Shown: positions 1-10,227 of the stretch, piece after piece
Numbering within the stretch: position 1 is the first letter of the stretch
How the letters are laid out: each line of letters begins with the position of its first letter
Source of the DNA: a virus
Taxonomy: Duplodnaviria > Caudoviricetes
IMG/VR virus record: IMGVR_UViG_3300031867_000002
Span: 128,001-192,000 of that record
Strand: one strand, 5' to 3'
Length of the DNA: 64,000 nt
Translations under genes and position numbers: made by a program
The notes under the pieces: generated by a model
The model's input: only the letters and a program-made list of their open reading frames with translations
Databases searched by the model: none
What the model was told of the DNA's origin: nothing

Positions 1-326
1 GCGATGCCTTCATAAGGGTCATTGCAGATTCTTATAGTCAGAGTATTTTTTTCTCTGTCTATCTTTACATCTTCACATATGATTACTAATCCTCTATTCA
101 TCTCATGGAATAAAGGATTGAATTGAGATAATGATGTTTCGATAGCTTTAGTAACATCACTATCTACATGTGTCTTTCTAGGATTTACATCCTGCGGAAT
201 GTCCTTAGGTAAAGAGGACAAGTCGAAGTATGCACGTGTAGTTAACATACCACATTTTTCGATTACTGGAGCAATGCTGCTTTCTCCATCTTTTCCTAAC
301 ATAATGTCTTTGAATTCGATAATCAT
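1..326 (-). CDS. AIPR-family (ParB-like) protein, partial, runs off left end
   Basis: Not in ORF track. ATG at 326 after AAGGA gives MIIEFKDIML...DVNPRKTH...VTKAIETSL...PLFHEMNRGLVI...PYEGIA, matching the AIPR NxR / F...NxG / GIxDG pattern. Confidence 0.65.
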   Translation of the reverse strand, partial: MIIEFKDIMLGKDGESSIAPVIEKCGMLTTRAYFDLSSLPKDIPQDVNPRKTHVDSDVTKAIETSLSQFNPLFHEMNRGLVIICEDVKIDREKNTLTIRICNDPYEGI

Positions 327-403
327 ATTATCAATTCCTTTCTTAAAAATTTTTATAATGTAATAGTATTTCTACTATTCATATCAATATTATATAATCG
401 ATT

Positions 404-781
404 TTAATTATACTCATCTATTCTGCCAAAAAAGTAAAATGGTCCATTATCATAAATATCATTAGATTCTTTGGGTCTATTTTCTTTTGGTATAATAGCT
501 CTTAAACATCTATCTATTGTCTCTTCATCTGGCATTAAAAAGAACTTCTGGTTAGCAGCAGAAGCATATGCGTCTTGCCAAGTAATACCAGAATACATCA
601 CATCCTTATATCTAGGCGATGTTTTAAATAAAATTTCTTTCACAATATTTATTGCTGTTGGTCCTCCAGTTTCAAAAATACGTTTGTCTACTTTTGAAAC
701 TTTATCTACTATGTCTGCTATAGTAGCTATAAATGTTCCCTTTCTTTCAAAATAATTTTGATACTTGTCGATATAAATCAT
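404..781 (-). CDS. hypothetical protein
   Basis: 125-aa ORF with AAAGGAG RBS. Confidence 0.7.
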   Translation of the reverse strand: MIYIDKYQNYFERKGTFIATIADIVDKVSKVDKRIFETGGPTAINIVKEILFKTSPRYKDVMYSGITWQDAYASAANQKFFLMPDEETIDRCLRAIIPKENRPKESNDIYDNGPFYFFGRIDEYN

Positions 782-847
782 ACTATCGACTCCTTTCTAA
801 AATATATTTTTATACGGATTGCAATCCGTATTTACCATAATGTAGGT

Positions 848-876
848 GATAGTGTAGAAATTAATCTACACTATCA
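848..876 (-). terminator. terminator hairpin after nrdD
   Basis: gatagtgtaga...tctacactatc inverted repeat. Confidence 0.6.
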
Positions 877-892
877 TGATAATTATATATAA

Positions 893-1387
893 TTAATCAT
901 CAAATCTAGCACCATGCTTTACACGGTCTTTTTCTTCAGCTTTCTTTGCATCATTAAAAGTATCTAATGTGCCAGAAAGATATCCTGTTACACGTCTAAT
1001 TCTGTCAAACTTAATACCGTCTTCTTCTTTACGTCCACAATAAGGACAAGTATCGCCAATAACTCCAGTATATCCACATACAGGGTCTCTATCTACTGGA
1101 TGATTAATAGCACCATATCCTACGCCTTGGTCATGCATACATTTAACAATAGCTTCGATTGCCTTAACGTTAGACGCAGCATCGCCATCAATTTCAATAT
1201 ATGCGATATGACCTGCATTTGTAAGTTCATGGAAAGGCGCTTCTAGTCTAATCTTATCATATGCTGTAATATTATAATAAACTGGAATATGGTTACTATT
1301 AGTGAAATATTCTCTATCAGTAACACCTTCAATTACACCATACTTAGCTTTACACTTTCTTAATGCAGAACCACACAGACCTTCTGC
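893..1387 (-). CDS. nrdD: anaerobic ribonucleoside-triphosphate reductase, exon 2
   Basis: AEGL..., YFTNSNH, CGY/CPYCG Zn site, RIRRVTGYL glycyl-radical motif. Confidence 0.95.
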   Translation of the reverse strand, partial: AEGLCGSALRKCKAKYGVIEGVTDREYFTNSNHIPVYYNITAYDKIRLEAPFHELTNAGHIAYIEIDGDAASNVKAIEAIVKCMHDQGVGYGAINHPVDRDPVCGYTGVIGDTCPYCGRKEEDGIKFDRIRRVTGYLSGTLDTFNDAKKAEEKDRVKHGARFDD

Positions 1388-2553
1388 CAAAATTACACCC
1401 TAGCTTTCGCTATATTTTGTTAGTCATTTAAGACTGGGATTAGAGTACATCTACATCTTTTATTCTTTAAGAACATTCAGATGTTAGGCACTTCACATCA
1501 GGAATTTCACCTGAATGCTAACAACTTTTATAACTCGTATTCAGTTATTATTCGTTGATACTCGTTACACTTTCCTTTAATATCGTCATAATATATGAAT
1601 GTATTACATAATAATTCTATTGGAAATCCGTTATTTAAGATGCGTTTACTATGATTTGACTATCTTATTATTGTAGTTTTATCTACATTAAGAAGTCTTG
1701 AAGCTGATGATATAGAACCATATAAATGAAATACAGCATTAGAATCAATAAAAATCACTTTAATAGATTGAGAATCATTGAATGCTTTATCGTTTACACA
1801 TAATCCATTATCAAAGGCATGTTGCATATTTTCACTATCAGTACACCATTCTAGATTTGTATAGTGATTATTTAGTTTATTTCCATCAATATGATTTACA
1901 TATGGTTTGTTTAACGGATTATCTATAAAAGCTGATGCTACTAATCTATGAACTCTTACATTTCTTCTAACACCAAAATCATCAGTAATTCCTACTAAAT
2001 GATATCCAAAGTTAATAAAACCTGTTAACTTTTCAAGAAATCCTCTTTTAAACAAATATACATCACCATTATCTGATATATAATATGATGAGTAATTAGG
2101 AATCCGAACAATTCTACCGTTTGAAAAATTTTCAAGTTTTCTAGAATTATAGTATTCTAAATCATCTTCGTCATAGATTCTATTTCCATTAGAATCTCTA
2201 TTGGAACCAATCCCATGTACTTGATTGTGAATCCAATATACAGTCTTTTTACTTGTTAAACCAGTAATATTCATATATTCTTTACTATTCATATATAAAT
2301 CACTCCTTTATAAGAATTTATATATGAGTTAGTATGATATTAAAAGCTTAGCTCGGTATTTCCAGCTATCCATATTTCAGGACCTTAGGTTCTCTTAGGA
2401 GCGTATTCGTCTTTGGAGTATGATGGTATCGTCGACCATCAGTCTTATCTAGCTCTTACCGATAGCATAAAATCAATTGATTTTACACACCCTATATTTA
2501 TAGGTTCACCTACTTTTAACTGATATATTTCTATATCAGTGCCCACAGATTCT
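1388..2553 (-). mobile_element. group I self-splicing intron in nrdD
   Basis: Splicing after ...ACG CCT (ends in U) and after terminal G at 1388 restores ATP|AEG. P7 pairing GUAACGAGUA / GUACUCUA, P9-like UAGC-GAAA-GCUA, Q-like GGAAAUACCGAGCUAAGC. Confidence 0.92.
1660..2292 (-). CDS. intron-encoded HNH homing endonuclease (MerR-like HTH, NUMOD4-like, HNH, NUMOD1-like)
   Basis: VHRLVASAFI...VNHIDGNKLNNHYTNLEW motif, own AAGGAG RBS. Frame continues past TAG to 1528. Confidence 0.9.
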   Translation of the reverse strand: MNSKEYMNITGLTSKKTVYWIHNQVHGIGSNRDSNGNRIYDEDDLEYYNSRKLENFSNGRIVRIPNYSSYYISDNGDVYLFKRGFLEKLTGFINFGYHLVGITDDFGVRRNVRVHRLVASAFIDNPLNKPYVNHIDGNKLNNHYTNLEWCTDSENMQHAFDNGLCVNDKAFNDSQSIKVIFIDSNAVFHLYGSISSASRLLNVDKTTIIR

Positions 2554-4473
2554 AGGCGTAGCTAATACAGAGAAATTAAGATGAGTTTCAGAAGCTACCT
2601 TATCTGTATACTCTCTCATATGTTTTACAATAGCATATCCCTTATCCCAATACTCTTGTCCTTCACCGTGATGATGACCATAAAGTGCAACTAATGCTTC
2701 TGCGAGTCCAACAAAACCAATAGAAAGAGAACCATGTTTAAGTACTTCTCCAACTTCATCTTCTGGACCAAGTTTTTCAGAATCAAGCCATACACCTTGT
2801 CCCATAAGGAAAGGAAGATTCTTTACCTTAAGATGAGACTGAATTTCAAATCTCTCTAAGAGTTGCTTCTTTACAAGCTCTAAGTATTTATCAAGAAGCT
2901 CATAGAATTTCTTTTCGTCATGATTAGCTTCAATAGCAAGCATAGGAAGATTAATTGTGGTGAAAGAAAGATTACCTCTAGAATGAGAAATCTCTCTCGT
3001 TGGGTCATAGACATTTCCGATAACTCTTGTGCGGCAACCCATAGTAGCTACTTCAGTTTCAGGATGTCCTGGTTTGTAATACTGAAGATTGAAAGGAGAG
3101 TCGAGGAATAAATAATTAGGAAACAGACGCTTACCAGTAACTCTATAAGATAACTGAAGTAAATCATAGTTTGGGTCTTCTGGATTATAGTTTACTCCTT
3201 CTTTTACCTTAAAGATTACAATTGGGAAGATACAAGTTTCACCATGTCCTAATCCAGCTTCCATAGCAAGAAGAAGATTCTTAATAACCATACGTCCTGC
3301 ATTAGAAGTATCTGTACCTAAGTTGATTGACGAGAATGGAAGTTGACCCCCAGCTCTAGCGTGAAGCGTATTAAGATTGTGAACGAAGCCTTCCATAGCC
3401 TGATAACACTCATGTTCTAAGTCTTTTTTAGTCATATCAATTATCTTATATAATTGCTCATCAAGGCAATCTCCAGTCTTTTCTTTATTGAAATACTGAT
3501 AGTCTTTTTTATCACAAAGTACAGACTCTATCAATTCATCTTCTTCATCAAAGATATTACTTATTCTTACATATTTGTATTCGTCATTATCTGTAAGAGT
3601 GGTTATATTTTTATTTTTGTGTATGATAAGGGTAAAATCATCTTTATTTAAAAGTCCAAACTCGATAGCCTTTTCTACATTACGTTTCCAAGCTTTTCTA
3701 AATGACTTATAAATACCTTGTGTCATAGAATAATCAAAGTTGGGAATAGATTGCCCACCATGACAATCCCCCTGGTCCGACTGGATTGCAATGGCAGCTA
3801 ATGTAGTATAAGAACTAATTGACTGCGGTTCTCTTACAAAACCATGACCTGGATTAAATCCACCCTTAGCAAGTTTCTTAAAATCAATTTGACAACAAGT
3901 CACAGTGAGTTTATAAAAGTCAAGGTCATGAATATGAATATAACCATCGATATGTGCTTTAGCAATATCTTTACTCATCATATTATTTAGATAATAATTC
4001 TTTGATACGTTAGAACCAACCTGCAACATAGTACCCATAGCTGTATTGCCATCAATATTAGCATTCTCACGTTTAGCATCACAATCTTTAGAATCACTCA
4101 TAAGTACATCAGAGATTGTTTTAGAGATACTATCTCTTGTACTACGAATTTCATCTCTCTTTCTACGATATAAGATATATGCTTTAGCAGTATCAGAAAA
4201 GCCATTCTTAATGAGAGTGCGTTCTACGATATCTTGAATAACGTTAATATCAATACTCTTAATTGAGGATGGATAATCAGTCTGTTTATCAAAGATATCT
4301 TTAATCTGAACAACGACATCAGATGTAAGTCTTTCAAGAACAAGATTACTGAAATCTTTAAGTTCCTCCTGTGTATGAGAAGCAATTACTGCTTTATGAA
4401 TAGCTTCTCTGATTCTGTCTGGTACAAAAGGTTCGACAGTACCGTTTCTCTTAATAACCATATAATTTTCCAT
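2554..4473 (-). CDS. nrdD: anaerobic ribonucleoside-triphosphate reductase, exon 1 (with ATP cone)
   Basis: MENYMVIKRNG ATP cone after GGAGG RBS, HIHDLD, TCC, GGQS, MGCRT, RGNLSFTTINLP, ends ...SVLATP. Confidence 0.95.
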
Positions 4474-4474
4474 A

Positions 4475-4705
4475 TTAGTTTTCCTCCTTATCGATATACA
4501 AATCAATCCATGGACTAGACCATCCGTCATAAGTTCCATTTATCTCAGAAACTTTATAATTTTCATATTGTTTTAAGATTTCTTCTGTAGCTTTTGGGTA
4601 AATATTAAGATAATCTTCATGATTTGTACAAATACGTTCATTGTTTTCACAAAGTATAATACAATAATACCCTGTTAAACGTTTTAATACTTCTTTTAAC
4701 GTCAT
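4475..4705 (-). CDS. hypothetical protein
   Basis: RBS and ATGA coupling to the upstream gene. Confidence 0.65.
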   Translation of the reverse strand: MTLKEVLKRLTGYYCIILCENNERICTNHEDYLNIYPKATEEILKQYENYKVSEINGTYDGWSSPWIDLYIDKEEN

Positions 4706-5247
4706 ATATCATTTTCCTCCTTATAATATGACTTCAAATTCAAGAAGTCCTTTTCATTCATTCCGTATTTGTGAGCATCTTTCCATCCAACAAGACTCTT
4801 CTCGAATACATCTACTTTATAGAGACTAGATGTAAGTTTATCAAGGTCCATTGGTGAACCGAGTAAGAGATTCAAAGATTCATTATACTGAGCTTTATAT
4901 CTACAGTATATTATATAGTAATGCTCATATTCTGGGTCTATTACCATGAAAGAACCTTCTGTAGAGAAATGCTTGGGTGATATACAATCAACAACTACAT
5001 CCTCTATATTAGGAATGGCTTCTTGAAGTGTTCTCTTTACAATCTCTTCTTTGTTATCCCCTCTACGAATCTCCAAGAAGTTATGAGTAAAGTCATCATA
5101 TAATACTGGGTCCGATGCCCATTTACTATAATGACCATAGAACTCGTCAAAGAGATTCACTACATAACGACATTCCCTTCTTTCAAGTGCCTCTATCATT
5201 GTAGATAAAGGCACTGTTCCATTAGGGTTAAATGTAAATATTTCCAT
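4702..5247 (-). CDS. hypothetical protein
   Basis: 181-aa ORF, AAGGAG RBS. Confidence 0.7.
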   Translation of the reverse strand: MEIFTFNPNGTVPLSTMIEALERRECRYVVNLFDEFYGHYSKWASDPVLYDDFTHNFLEIRRGDNKEEIVKRTLQEAIPNIEDVVVDCISPKHFSTEGSFMVIDPEYEHYYIIYCRYKAQYNESLNLLLGSPMDLDKLTSSLYKVDVFEKSLVGWKDAHKYGMNEKDFLNLKSYYKEENDI

Positions 5248-5343
5248 ATCAATGCTCCTTTGTCATGATAAAATCATGACTCCTTTCTTATTTGGTTTAC
5301 TTCAATGTTATCTATTCGTTAAAACAAAAAATAAGGAAAAATA

Positions 5344-5380
5344 AATGTCAGCGTACCCATAGAGTACGCTGACGCATTTT
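5344..5380 (-). terminator. terminator hairpin
   Basis: aatgtcagcgtac...gtacgctgacgcatt with A/T flanks. Confidence 0.7.
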
Positions 5381-5403
5381 CTTGATAACTTATAATGCCT
5401 GTC

Positions 5404-5841
5404 TTAGACAGTATATTTTACAATTACTTCATCATCATTGATAGTAGTTTCAATCTTATTAATTATTGGATTAGTAGCAATAAGCTCTTCTAAAGTAATT
5501 ACATGTTTACTTGTAGAAGATACATCGAAGTAATTCGCACATGCAATTCCGTCTGATGTATATAATTCCCACTTTGTATCATCTGCTAAAGAAGCAATAA
5601 TTTCTTTAAATCTAGCTTTATACACAGGAGCATTAATAATTACATGAGTATATGAATCAATACCATCATATGCTCCAGAAATAGATACTACATCACTTTC
5701 ATCAATAATAGACATCTCATTATTAGATGGGGTTATATGAGTAGACGAATCTAATGTATTAATATATACATTCTTATCAGAGTCAATAACATATAACCCT
5801 ACATTTTTATCAATAATACTATGAAGTTCTTTAAATTTCAT
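5404..5841 (-). CDS. hypothetical protein
   Basis: Start MKFKEL after AAAGGTGG. ORF track start is 5853. Confidence 0.65.
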   Translation of the reverse strand: MKFKELHSIIDKNVGLYVIDSDKNVYINTLDSSTHITPSNNEMSIIDESDVVSISGAYDGIDSYTHVIINAPVYKARFKEIIASLADDTKWELYTSDGIACANYFDVSSTSKHVITLEELIATNPIINKIETTINDDEVIVKYTV

Positions 5842-5945
5842 AATATCAACCACCTTTCTATAATTACTATAAAGTTGATATAAACAAAAAATAAGCCAGC
5901 GTTTAACTGGCTTATTTTTATATTGTGCTTATACAGCAGAATGAT

Positions 5946-6395
5946 TTATTTTTCGATATGCTTCTGTTTTTCATACCATGCATCATTTGGAATAATCCAG
6001 AGTGCAGGCACTTCAAAATCTCCCATAGGGTCAGAACCAATAAAGGTGACTTTGGATTGCATAAGTTCTTCTGAAGTCACTGTAATACCATTGGGTGTCT
6101 TATATACATTTTCCTCTAAACTATACTCAAGATGAGCATAGTATGAGTCATCGCTTTTAACCATATCTTCATCATCAAGATATACGTTAAATCCATTGGG
6201 CATGAGCTTAAAGAGACCAAACTCCTTGAGTTCCTTGTAAGCCTTACCTGTGTTTTGAACATTCTTATTAATATAATCATGATATCTATCATGATTACAA
6301 GTTCCAACTTTTGGAATCATGCATGTTGAGCAATCTCTTGTTGTGTTAATACATACTTCATTTCCGTTTACCATAGTAATATTGTTGTCTTTCAT
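5946..6395 (-). CDS. hypothetical early protein (Cys-containing N-terminus)
   Basis: AGGAGG RBS, early-type promoter near 6451-6462. Confidence 0.7.
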   Translation of the reverse strand: MKDNNITMVNGNEVCINTTRDCSTCMIPKVGTCNHDRYHDYINKNVQNTGKAYKELKEFGLFKLMPNGFNVYLDDEDMVKSDDSYYAHLEYSLEENVYKTPNGITVTSEELMQSKVTFIGSDPMGDFEVPALWIIPNDAWYEKQKHIEK

Positions 6396-6473
6396 TATAA
6401 AGACCTCCTAAAATAAAATATTTGTGATAGGAACTGGTCCTATCACAAATATAGTATACAATTAATAAACAAA

Positions 6474-7253
6474 TTACACACAATACATTAATGGCTGATT
6501 TTTATTTGCGGCTCCAACATATGCTTCTTTAAGTTCTCCGATATAGTCTTCTCTTCTTCCAGCCCAGTTTTCAAGGAAAGATAATTTAAGGTCTACTCCA
6601 GCAAACACTGTTTCAAGTCCATCATAGTGTTGTAAGTATGCTACTAAGAAAGATGCTACATCTGTAGTAGCAAGATTCTCAAATACACCCATCATTGTAC
6701 CAGGTATAGTCATTAGATTAGCTGGATGACATACAAATACATCTAATGGAATACTACCAAGACCACCAGTAATATCACCATGAGTAACACTTTGTAAACG
6801 AATCATATTAGGCTCTTTAAAGTCAACAAAGATTGTATTATTAAAGATAGATGTCATATCGGCACGAGCCTGAAGCAGCATTACGTCATCCATACTATAG
6901 TTATTATATGCCGACATATAATCATAGTAACCTATCCCGCTTTGCTGAGCTAAACCACCATCTTCTTGACCATAAGTAGTCCAGTCTATATCTTTTACAC
7001 CTAAGATATCTTGACCACCAACTAATGCGTTATCAATTATGAAGTATCCATCTTTCTTCTTAGATTTATCATTAGTATCAATCTTAATTCTCACCATATG
7101 AGGAAAGTAACGACTGAATGTAAGTAATGTATCTGGAATAATAGTCTCTTCAACCCACTTATCTTTAGAAATATCGTCAGGAAGCATTAATGGCTTCGTA
7201 CCTAAACGACGTTCAATTTTATTAAGTAGGAGATTCATTTTATTAATAGGCAT
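6474..7253 (-). CDS. virion structural protein, possibly neck/head-completion
   Basis: 259 aa, late-type promoter 7272-7283. IERRLG...TLLTFSRYFP resembles myophage neck-protein N-termini. Confidence 0.45.
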   Translation of the reverse strand: MPINKMNLLLNKIERRLGTKPLMLPDDISKDKWVEETIIPDTLLTFSRYFPHMVRIKIDTNDKSKKKDGYFIIDNALVGGQDILGVKDIDWTTYGQEDGGLAQQSGIGYYDYMSAYNNYSMDDVMLLQARADMTSIFNNTIFVDFKEPNMIRLQSVTHGDITGGLGSIPLDVFVCHPANLMTIPGTMMGVFENLATTDVASFLVAYLQHYDGLETVFAGVDLKLSFLENWAGRREDYIGELKEAYVGAANKNQPLMYCV

Positions 7254-7307
7254 ACCAATCTCCTCCTTTCTTATCTAAATGTTTTCGTATATAAAAAACA
7301 AGGCGGC

Positions 7308-7871
7308 TTAAGAAGCAGCCTTGTTTACTTTATACACCTTAGAAGGTGTATTAATGGTGACAATATAATCACCTGTTTTAGATACTTCAAAAGATATGAA
7401 ATCTTTGAAGTATCTTTTCAAAGTATGTTTCAATCTTCTTTCTGGCTCTTTATCCATAGCTTTGTTATCAATGATTGACAGAGCCTGGTCAATCATGATA
7501 TCTTCGAAATCTTTTTGAGAGAAGTTATTATCAAGCTCTTCTTTTAAAAGATTTAATTTTATCTCCTCTTCTAACCTGAATAGATTTTCTTCAGGTTTGT
7601 ATTCATACCTCCTTACATTCAGAGGTTTGATAGAATAAAGACTAGCTTCTGTTGTAACATCAGCTTTGTCTTTGTAAAGATAAGTTGATAAAAACACCTC
7701 TCTTCTTGTTAATAGAAAATGAATAGCGGTGATTATATTATCAAAAATAGGAGATTTGTCTTCTCCATTTTCTTTATATATCACTTCAACTGCATCCATT
7801 TTAAAATTCTTGAGAGCATGAATTTCAAACTCGCTGCTCTCGATTGGGTTGTTTAAATTGTAATCTCTCAT
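7308..7871 (-). CDS. hypothetical early protein
   Basis: AAGGAGG RBS, TATATTAT upstream. Confidence 0.7.
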   Translation of the reverse strand: MRDYNLNNPIESSEFEIHALKNFKMDAVEVIYKENGEDKSPIFDNIITAIHFLLTRREVFLSTYLYKDKADVTTEASLYSIKPLNVRRYEYKPEENLFRLEEEIKLNLLKEELDNNFSQKDFEDIMIDQALSIIDNKAMDKEPERRLKHTLKRYFKDFISFEVSKTGDYIVTINTPSKVYKVNKAAS

Positions 7872-7926
7872 AATAAGAGACCTCCTTATTTTATATTCTA
7901 CTATAATAATATATAAACGAAAGAAA

Positions 7927-7950
7927 TCCAGGTGACATATGTCACCTGGA
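7927..7950. terminator. perfect 24-bp palindrome / terminator
   Basis: TCCAGGTGACATATGTCACCTGGA just after the 7957 gene. Confidence 0.7.
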
Positions 7951-7956
7951 GATATA

Positions 7957-8268
7957 TTATAGTATTTGCATAATAGTAATTAGTAACTTATTATAACCTT
8001 CTTGTATTGCAAACTCTAATCTATATGCTTTTCCATATAGATATACAATTTGATTATCTGGTAATGACCTGATAGTATCCATATCAGTGTCAGAAAGATT
8101 GCTAATATCATATACTACACAGGTACCGTCGACACAAGTTTTAATATCGAAACTCATATCTTTGAGTAATGAGTATGCAATCATATTTTGGTCAATATAG
8201 TTTATAACGTAATCGACAAGGTCAACACCAGATATTTGTTTAGTAAAATTTAGGATATCATTGTACAT
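7957..8268 (-). CDS. hypothetical protein in the baseplate operon
   Basis: Start overlaps the upstream stop (TAATG). Confidence 0.7.
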   Translation of the reverse strand: MYNDILNFTKQISGVDLVDYVINYIDQNMIAYSLLKDMSFDIKTCVDGTCVVYDISNLSDTDMDTIRSLPDNQIVYLYGKAYRLEFAIQEGYNKLLITIMQIL

Positions 8269-8503
8269 TATGGTATTAACCCTCCCTCTTCTAATACGTC
8301 TTCTACCGCATCAGCTTGAGCCTCTTTCTTACCTTCTTCACTTTGCATCTTCTCGAAGGCAATCATATATAAAACTTGAGACATAGCAACGGGCATCTCA
8401 TATAATTCCATAAGAGATACCCGTCCTTTATAGTAAGTACTCAATTGCTCAAGCTTTCTTATATCTTTTTCATAAGACCCAGCTGATGTCTGGTAAAAAG
8501 CAT
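8268..8503 (-). CDS. -1 frame extension of the 583-aa chaperone (gpGT/gp51-like)
   Basis: Open -1 frame YQTSAGSYEKDIRKLEQLSTYYKGRVSLMELYEMPV...EEGGLIP*, no clear RBS, stop overlaps the next ATG. Confidence 0.7.
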
Positions 8504-10210
8504 ATTATCGGGATTTACCTCAACCTCATCGATTTTCTTACCACATTTAGGACAACGACGTTCAGGATATACATAAGTAATATCTCTAATAAGATTGCCA
8601 TTATCGTCTAATTCACCAGCATCATATTTATCAGTTTCTACGGACAAAGCCTGGAGCTGGTCAGATGTTAGAGATTTGAGAATAGTAGCATATGTCTTAA
8701 CTCGACGTTTATAAGAAAGTGCTTTATCTGTTGCTACTGGTTTAGTATCAATAGGAATAAGTTGACGAGTATTATAATCAATTCTATATACAGAATCAAT
8801 ATAAGTCAACAGAAGAATTAGGTCTTCATACTTAGAAGAAAAGTTCTGGTCAACGAGAGTAGGTTCAATATAAGTATTATAAAGAGACGGAATCTTAAGA
8901 CCAAATACATAATCATCGGAAGCTTGATACAAGTCAATCTTATATTCAGAAGAGGTAGAATCTGTATTGCCTTGAGTAAGAATATTCATATATTCTTCCT
9001 TCTTCTTATCATCTGTGAATTTAAGCATAGAATGAACTGGTACATTTTCCATGAATACATTATTACATTTATCATCATTGCAATTGAATGTAACAATATT
9101 TGCTGTACCAAATGTAGCCTTATATGCAGTAAACATATAATCATCCATAACAGTATTAGGAGTAATCATAGCCCATGCTTCAAAGTTCTTAGGTTTATTA
9201 GCGTCAACAATATGCTCATAGATAAGCTTTAGTTTATTCTCAATGAACTTATTGTAGTTTGCATTACCACCACGAAGTCTCTGTGGGTCAAGAGACTGAA
9301 TTTCCATAGGTTTAAATGCAGACATTCTTACTGCACGCTTTTCAGACCACAGAACACCATCTGCACATTCAATAGCCTTAGTTTTAATCTCATTGATAAT
9401 CTTAGAAGCATTGATAGGCTTCTTAGAGATTGTGAAATTCTTAAGGTCAAGCTTATGAGCAACAGGATTAAAGTTATGGTTAATCTCCTGTCTGATATTC
9501 TGTTTAATAGCTTCCTGTTTTGCCTTAGTATCGTCCTCTTCATCAGATTCAGTTGTATCTTCAGAAGATTCATCCTCATCATCAAGGAACTTCATATCTT
9601 CATCATCAATACCATCAAAAAGATGGTCGTCTTCATCATCTGTATTATTAACAACATTAGGGTCGTCCACAGTATCATATACAGACGCATCCTGAACCAT
9701 AGAAATAGTTTCCTTCTTAGTACCAGCAACTGGAGCAGATACATCTACTTCCTGTTCTACCATAACTGGCTTAGTAATGGATATAGTTTCAGAAGGTGCT
9801 ACTACTTCTACAGGATTAGAATTATTGTACTTAAGTTGTACATCATCAAATGTGTTAACCTTAATTGTTTGAGCAGCAATTACATTAACATCATCGTCAT
9901 CATCAATATCAGCATCACCGTTTTCGATAGCCTGCTCAATTCTCTCTTCATTACCCTTTGCAATAATTTCAGCAGATTCATTAGCAAGTCTATTTACCGT
10001 AGAATCAATATTTTCAAATGCTGCATCAAGCATTGGGTTACCAGTACCTTTACCTACAACAGAACCGTCATCTCCAGGAAGTACTGCTTCAGCAAGATTA
10101 GCCTCTTTCACATTCTTAGTATTAAGCTTTGGTTTAACAGGCATACCAACTGGAGTAGCAGTTGGAATAGCACCATTAGAGAGCTCGGACAGTGTTACAT
10201 TATCAGACAT
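8459..10210 (-). CDS. baseplate hub / tail assembly chaperone (T4 gp26-like) with acidic N-terminus
   Basis: C-x4-C and CPKC Zn-type motifs, adjacent to the gp25-like gene, ends at a slippery run. Confidence 0.55.
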   Translation of the reverse strand: MSDNVTLSELSNGAIPTATPVGMPVKPKLNTKNVKEANLAEAVLPGDDGSVVGKGTGNPMLDAAFENIDSTVNRLANESAEIIAKGNEERIEQAIENGDADIDDDDDVNVIAAQTIKVNTFDDVQLKYNNSNPVEVVAPSETISITKPVMVEQEVDVSAPVAGTKKETISMVQDASVYDTVDDPNVVNNTDDEDDHLFDGIDDEDMKFLDDEDESSEDTTESDEEDDTKAKQEAIKQNIRQEINHNFNPVAHKLDLKNFTISKKPINASKIINEIKTKAIECADGVLWSEKRAVRMSAFKPMEIQSLDPQRLRGGNANYNKFIENKLKLIYEHIVDANKPKNFEAWAMITPNTVMDDYMFTAYKATFGTANIVTFNCNDDKCNNVFMENVPVHSMLKFTDDKKKEEYMNILTQGNTDSTSSEYKIDLYQASDDYVFGLKIPSLYNTYIEPTLVDQNFSSKYEDLILLLTYIDSVYRIDYNTRQLIPIDTKPVATDKALSYKRRVKTYATILKSLTSDQLQALSVETDKYDAGELDDNGNLIRDITYVYPERRCPKCGKKIDEVEVNPDNMLFTRHQLGLMKKI

Positions 10211-10227
10211 AGTTATTTCCTCCTTGA

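Noticed and set aside
893-1390. Independent 165-aa gene starting at TTG 1390
   Set aside because: It is nrdD exon 2, and the TTG is the intron 3' end.
4474-4539. N-terminal extension of NrdD
   Set aside because: It overlaps the upstream gene, and the RBS supports ATG 4473.
5250-5290. Mini-uORFs (MILS*, MTKEH*) and double SD before the 5247 gene
   Set aside because: Too short to support. It may be a local duplication or a simple hairpin.
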